The position numbers and the translations under genes are program-made. Positions 59,929 through 64,000 of a stretch of 64,000 bases of DNA are shown here, piece after piece (the stretch's first letter is position 1; each line of letters begins with the position of its first letter). This DNA comes from Candidatus Dojkabacteria bacterium (GTDB taxonomy: Bacteria; Patescibacteriota; Dojkabacteria; J137). The stretch is from contig AP024679.1 of the NCBI GenBank assembly GCA_025999215.1, positions 165,645 through 229,644 of the forward strand, in the 5' to 3' direction. The notes below the pieces were generated by a model. That model saw nothing but the letters and a program-made list of their open reading frames with translations. It had not been told where the DNA came from and ran no database searches.

Positions 59929-61191
59929 ATGAAAATCAAATCAATTAATGCTTACGAAATAATTGCTTCCGGAGGATATCCTTCAATCGAGTGTAGAGTG
60001 GAATTAGCTGATGGTTCTGTGGGAATTGCATCAGTGCCTTATGGAGCATCTGCTGGAAGTCACGAGGCTACAGTTTTACTGGATGGGGATAAATCAAGGT
60101 TTAATGGTAAGGGAATGTTAAAAGCGGTACAAAATATAAACGAAATTATTGCCCCAAAGCTAGTTGGACTTGAAGCAGATAATCAAAAAAACATAGATCA
60201 AATAATGATTGACTTGGATGGAACAGAAAACAAATCAAATTTAGGTGGTAACTCAATTTTAGCGGTTTCGTTGGCAGTTGCGCGAGCGCAGTCTGCGTCC
60301 AAAAAAGTTGATCTTTTTGAACATATAATTGAAACATTTGAAATTAAAAATGATCTAAAAGAATTACCATCTCCAATGGTTGTGGTGATTGAGGGAGGAA
60401 AACATGCTCATAATTCAACGGATTTGCAAGAATTTTGCATGAGTGCAGTATCAAACCATTCGAAGTTTGACCAATTAAGAAGCATTTTAGAATCGTACCA
60501 TGCGCTCAAAAAAGTTTTGGAGGAGAATAAATTATCTACCAATGTGGGAAATGAAGGAGCTTTTGCGCCAGAGGGAATTGATTCTAATGAAGCACCTTTC
60601 AGTTTTATGATGGAAGCTATTGGAAGAGCCGGGTATGTTCCCGGAAAAGACATTTCTTTTTCAATTGATGCTGCTGCAAGCGAATTTTATAAAAGCGGTA
60701 AATATATATTAAATTTAGAAGAAAAAACATTAAACTCGAATGAACTGATTAAGGTTTACTCTGGCTGGTTAGATAAATATCCGATAGTAAGCCTGGAGGA
60801 TGGTCTAAATGAAGATGATTGGGATAATTGGGTAGAGTTAAATAAAATTTGCAAAGAAAGGGGTGTTTTAAATATTGGTGATGATTTAACAGTTACAAAT
60901 CAACAACGGCTTCAAAAAGCAATCGATATTAATGCCATTAATTCAATTTTGATTAAACTTAACCAAATTGGATCACTCACGGAGACAGTAGAAACATGTT
61001 TACTTGCCAAGAAACATGGTTTTGCAACAATTCCATCACACCGCGGAGGTGGCGAGACAAATGACACATCTATGATTGATCTAGCTGTAGCGGTTGGATC
61101 AAAGTTTATCAAAGTCGGCCCAACCAGAGGAGAGCGAGTTGCAAAGTACAATAGGCTTTTTGAAATTGAAAGGAAACTGGGATTAAATTAA
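59929..61191 (+). CDS. eno: enolase
   Basis: SIECRVELADGSVG, SHRGGGETNDTSMIDLAV and KVGPTRGERVAKYNRL motifs. Confidence 0.95.
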   Translation: MKIKSINAYEIIASGGYPSIECRVELADGSVGIASVPYGASAGSHEATVLLDGDKSRFNGKGMLKAVQNINEIIAPKLVGLEADNQKNIDQIMIDLDGTENKSNLGGNSILAVSLAVARAQSASKKVDLFEHIIETFEIKNDLKELPSPMVVVIEGGKHAHNSTDLQEFCMSAVSNHSKFDQLRSILESYHALKKVLEENKLSTNVGNEGAFAPEGIDSNEAPFSFMMEAIGRAGYVPGKDISFSIDAAASEFYKSGKYILNLEEKTLNSNELIKVYSGWLDKYPIVSLEDGLNEDDWDNWVELNKICKERGVLNIGDDLTVTNQQRLQKAIDINAINSILIKLNQIGSLTETVETCLLAKKHGFATIPSHRGGGETNDTSMIDLAVAVGSKFIKVGPTRGERVAKYNRLFEIERKLGLN

Positions 61192-62700
61192 ACTTTCCCC
61201 AGTCATTTCTTTAGGCTTTGGTAATCCCATCAAATCAAGTACGGTAGGCGCTATATCTTCTAGTGTTTCGCGAACCTTTAGGCGATGACTTTTAAATTTT
61301 TCGCTCACTAGTATGAATGGAACTTTATTGGTGGTGTGTTGAGTGTGGGGTTGGTTGTTTTCATAATCCCACATTTCCTCAGCATTTCCATGATCTGCTG
61401 TAACGATTAGTGAGTAGTCTCCTAGTTTGTTTTTAATTGATTCATAAATTTTACCAATAGCATAATCTACAGACTCAGTAGCGATAACTGCAGCATTGTA
61501 ATTGCCTGTATGCCCAACCATATCGCAGTTAGGGTAATTCACAACTAAAAAATCATACTTATCTTGTTCAATTGCATTTATCACCTCAGATGTGATTTCT
61601 GTAACTCTCATGCTAGGTTCAAAATTATAAAAAGGTTTTACAAATCTATTTGATTGAATAAGCTTCCATGTTTCGTTTGAAAATTCTTTTTCTCTTCCTC
61701 CATTAAAAAAGTATGTCAAATGTGAAAATTTCTCAGTCTCTGTGATGTGCAATTGCTTTTTTTCGTATTTGGCAAGAGTTTCTGAGAGAGTATTATTAAT
61801 TTCTTCTCTTGGAAAAGCCTCTGCTATATCGAATTCATTAGATGCGGATATAAACCCAGTAATTTTAAGATTTTTAATTTTTTCGTTTAAAAGAGATTGC
61901 TGAAGTTGAAAAATTCTATCACTTCTGTAGTGCATTGTTATGACCGAATCGTTTTCGGACACTAACCCCTCTAGATCAATCAAAAACTGTCCGAAAAACT
62001 CGTCAGTAATATTTTGATTGTAGCTAAAGTTTAGAGCGCTTTGATAGTCGTTTACTTTCATTCCTTTACCTTTGGTAATTAAATCTATTGCCTTTTGAGT
62101 TTTTTCCCAATCCCTATCTCTATCTAGATAAAATCGGCCTTGAATCGTTGCTATTTTGTAAGGTGTCCCTTTAAGGTAGTCAGATAATTGTTCAAAATAG
62201 CTTTGCGCAGACTTTGGAGGCACGTCTCGACCATCAGTAAATGCATGTATGAATAATTTTTGTACTTTTTGCTGTGTTGCCAAGTTAATCATAGCCTCAA
62301 AATGTGAAATCATTGAGTGTACGCCTCCATCACTAATTATCCCTATTAAGTGAAGTTTACTTTTATTTTTGACTGCGTGGCTACAAGCTTCAATGAGTGC
62401 AGGGTTTTTAAAAAACGCGCCTGTCCTGATTGCTTCATTAATTCGAGGAAGATCTTGCAAAATAACTCTTCCAGCCCCAATTACTTGATGGTTAACTTCT
62501 GAAGTTCCAAATTGACCATCAGGCAAACCAACAGCCATACCATCACTTTTCAATTGGACATTGGGATACTCACGAATAAGCCTGTCTAAATTTGGTGTTT
62601 TTGCATTGAGTACGGCATTGTAAGGAGTTTCTTCTCCAATGCCAAAGCCATCCATAATTACCAGTACAACTTTATTTTTTATCATGTTTTTAAATTTCAA
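61183..62700 (-). CDS. gpmI: 2,3-bisphosphoglycerate-independent phosphoglycerate mutase
   Basis: The N-terminus KVVLVIMDGFGIGE is followed by DGRDVPP and ADHGNAEEM motifs. Confidence 0.9.
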   Translation of the reverse strand: MKFKNMIKNKVVLVIMDGFGIGEETPYNAVLNAKTPNLDRLIREYPNVQLKSDGMAVGLPDGQFGTSEVNHQVIGAGRVILQDLPRINEAIRTGAFFKNPALIEACSHAVKNKSKLHLIGIISDGGVHSMISHFEAMINLATQQKVQKLFIHAFTDGRDVPPKSAQSYFEQLSDYLKGTPYKIATIQGRFYLDRDRDWEKTQKAIDLITKGKGMKVNDYQSALNFSYNQNITDEFFGQFLIDLEGLVSENDSVITMHYRSDRIFQLQQSLLNEKIKNLKITGFISASNEFDIAEAFPREEINNTLSETLAKYEKKQLHITETEKFSHLTYFFNGGREKEFSNETWKLIQSNRFVKPFYNFEPSMRVTEITSEVINAIEQDKYDFLVVNYPNCDMVGHTGNYNAAVIATESVDYAIGKIYESIKNKLGDYSLIVTADHGNAEEMWDYENNQPHTQHTTNKVPFILVSEKFKSHRLKVRETLEDIAPTVLDLMGLPKPKEMTGESLI

Positions 62701-64000
62701 TTATTTCAAAAACATTAGGGAAAAAATCTTGTGAATCAATTGGAGTTTTACCTAGTAGCAAGATTTTTTCACCTTTTTGAGCAATGTTATATTTTTGAAT
62801 CATTTCAGTTATTAATTTTACAGCGTTATCTCTGTTTTTGGGATCTGGACCCAATCCTTCAAAAACAAAAGCATCAACTATACCTCTACTTAACATTGCA
62901 GTCCTCATGTACCATTCGTTACTTGTAAATAAATATATCGGCTGTCTAATCATGTGTCTTGCAAGCATTCTGGCTGTTGTTCCGGTTTTTGAAACCACAA
63001 CAACCTTGGCTATATCATTTTCCAAGTTTATACATAATTCAGCGGCAGATCGTGTGATTGCGTTTGCTGTTGGAGTAGCATGCCCATCAAGTTCTATGAT
63101 TGTAGGTTCATCTTGCTCTTCAGCAACGAGTGATGCTTTGGTTAAAAACTTTACAGCTTCAACAGGATATTTGCCTGCGCTAGATTCTCCCGATAGCATA
63201 ACGGCGTCTGTTCCTAGCATGACTGCTGTCGCAACATCTCCAGCTTCTGCTCTGGTTGGGCGGGGTTTTTCGGTCATGCTTTCAAGCATTTGGGTTGCTG
63301 TGATTACAGGTTTGCCGGCAATATTACATAAAAAGTTTAATTCTCTTTGAACTATTGCTACTTGCTCTAATCCGAGTTCTACTCCTAAACCTCCTCTTGC
63401 TATCATAATTCCATCTACAATTTCTAAAATTTCGGAGGCATTTTGCACACCTTCTTCGTTTTCTATTTTTGCAATAATTTTCATGGGCGCATCTCCTATG
63501 AATTCTTTGATGTAGAGCGCTGACTGTTTATTGTTCATAAAAGATGCTGAAACAAAATCCCATCCAGTGTTAATTGCATGTCTTAAGTTGATTTTATCTT
63601 TTTCAGTTAAAACTTCGTCCGAATAATCAACACCTGGCAAATTGAAAGCTTTGCCTGGTTTTAAAACTTCTCCGTATTCCACTCTACAAATCATTTTGTC
63701 TCCTTTAATCTCCTCAATTACCATAGCAACATCACCATCCCCAATTATTGCTCTTTGACCAGGTTTTACAAATTTATAGATATCTTTGTAATTTGCTGGA
63801 TAAATTTCAGAATTTTCATCGTTTCCAATTTCAATTATTTGACCAACAGTCAAATCAATTGGATTTGCAAATTTATTTAGCCTAATTTCTGGTCCCTTCA
63901 CATCTACCATTAGTGACACTTTATTGCTAACGCTTCGCACCAGGTTTGCAACCTTATCAAGCTCATCAGGGTTAGCAAACGCTCCATTGACTCGTGCGCA
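62690..64000 (-). CDS. pyk: pyruvate kinase (5' end beyond the window edge)
   Basis: VKGPEIRL, MIARGGLGVE and MLSGESSAGKYPVEAV motifs. The reading frame stays open upstream to nt 64000 (…CARVNGAFANPDELDKVANLVRSVSNK…). Confidence 0.85.
   Translation of the reverse strand, partial: CARVNGAFANPDELDKVANLVRSVSNKVSLMVDVKGPEIRLNKFANPIDLTVGQIIEIGNDENSEIYPANYKDIYKFVKPGQRAIIGDGDVAMVIEEIKGDKMICRVEYGEVLKPGKAFNLPGVDYSDEVLTEKDKINLRHAINTGWDFVSASFMNNKQSALYIKEFIGDAPMKIIAKIENEEGVQNASEILEIVDGIMIARGGLGVELGLEQVAIVQRELNFLCNIAGKPVITATQMLESMTEKPRPTRAEAGDVATAVMLGTDAVMLSGESSAGKYPVEAVKFLTKASLVAEEQDEPTIIELDGHATPTANAITRSAAELCINLENDIAKVVVVSKTGTTARMLARHMIRQPIYLFTSNEWYMRTAMLSRGIVDAFVFEGLGPDPKNRDNAVKLITEMIQKYNIAQKGEKILLLGKTPIDSQDFFPNVFEIIEI

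Overview
This is an AT-rich (roughly 30% GC) bacterial chromosomal segment in the standard genetic code; the small genes, many hypothetical membrane/surface proteins and reduced-looking metabolism resemble a Patescibacteria/CPR-type genome, but that is inference. It holds the replication origin: dnaN (- strand) and dnaA (+ strand) diverge around a 360-bp AT-rich spacer with three DnaA boxes, followed by yidD. An F-type ATP synthase operon runs atpI-like, B, E, F, truncated H, A, G, then a CofE-family gene, then D and C. A lower-glycolysis cluster (eno, gpmI, pyk) sits at the right end, and pyk runs off the window. Other recognisable genes are dnaJ, pcrA/uvrD, argS, trmD, tsaD, sodA-type SOD, apbE, rsmI, yifB/comM, holA-like, dut, adk, TatD, a CaCA antiporter, a fasciclin protein, a rhomboid, and a cell-envelope glycan cluster (GT4, RmlD-like, DegT aminotransferase, FemAB-like). 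There are two identical tRNA-Pro(GGG) copies and one tRNA read as Arg(GCG). Four observations stand out. First, a compact cobalamin riboswitch sits directly upstream of an unrecognisable 479-aa cytoplasmic protein with a C-terminal Cys4 zinc ribbon. Second, a near-identical ~1.66-kb duplication carries [anti-sigma N-terminus, ECF sigma, tRNA-Pro], while the two anti-sigma factors have unrelated extracytoplasmic C-terminal domains. Third, a CofE-family gene is embedded in the ATP synthase operon. Fourth, many housekeeping genes (ftsK, a Mur ligase, argS, trmD, atpC, a cupin) are split by +1/-1 frameshifts; where resolvable these fall at or near homopolymer runs (A7 tracts in ftsK and argS; GGG and AAAAA runs in atpC). 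This suggests either a homopolymer-error-prone assembly or, less likely, gene decay. No CRISPR array, transposase, integrase or rRNA was seen. Many ORF-track starts are GTG/TTG and the true starts may lie slightly downstream.
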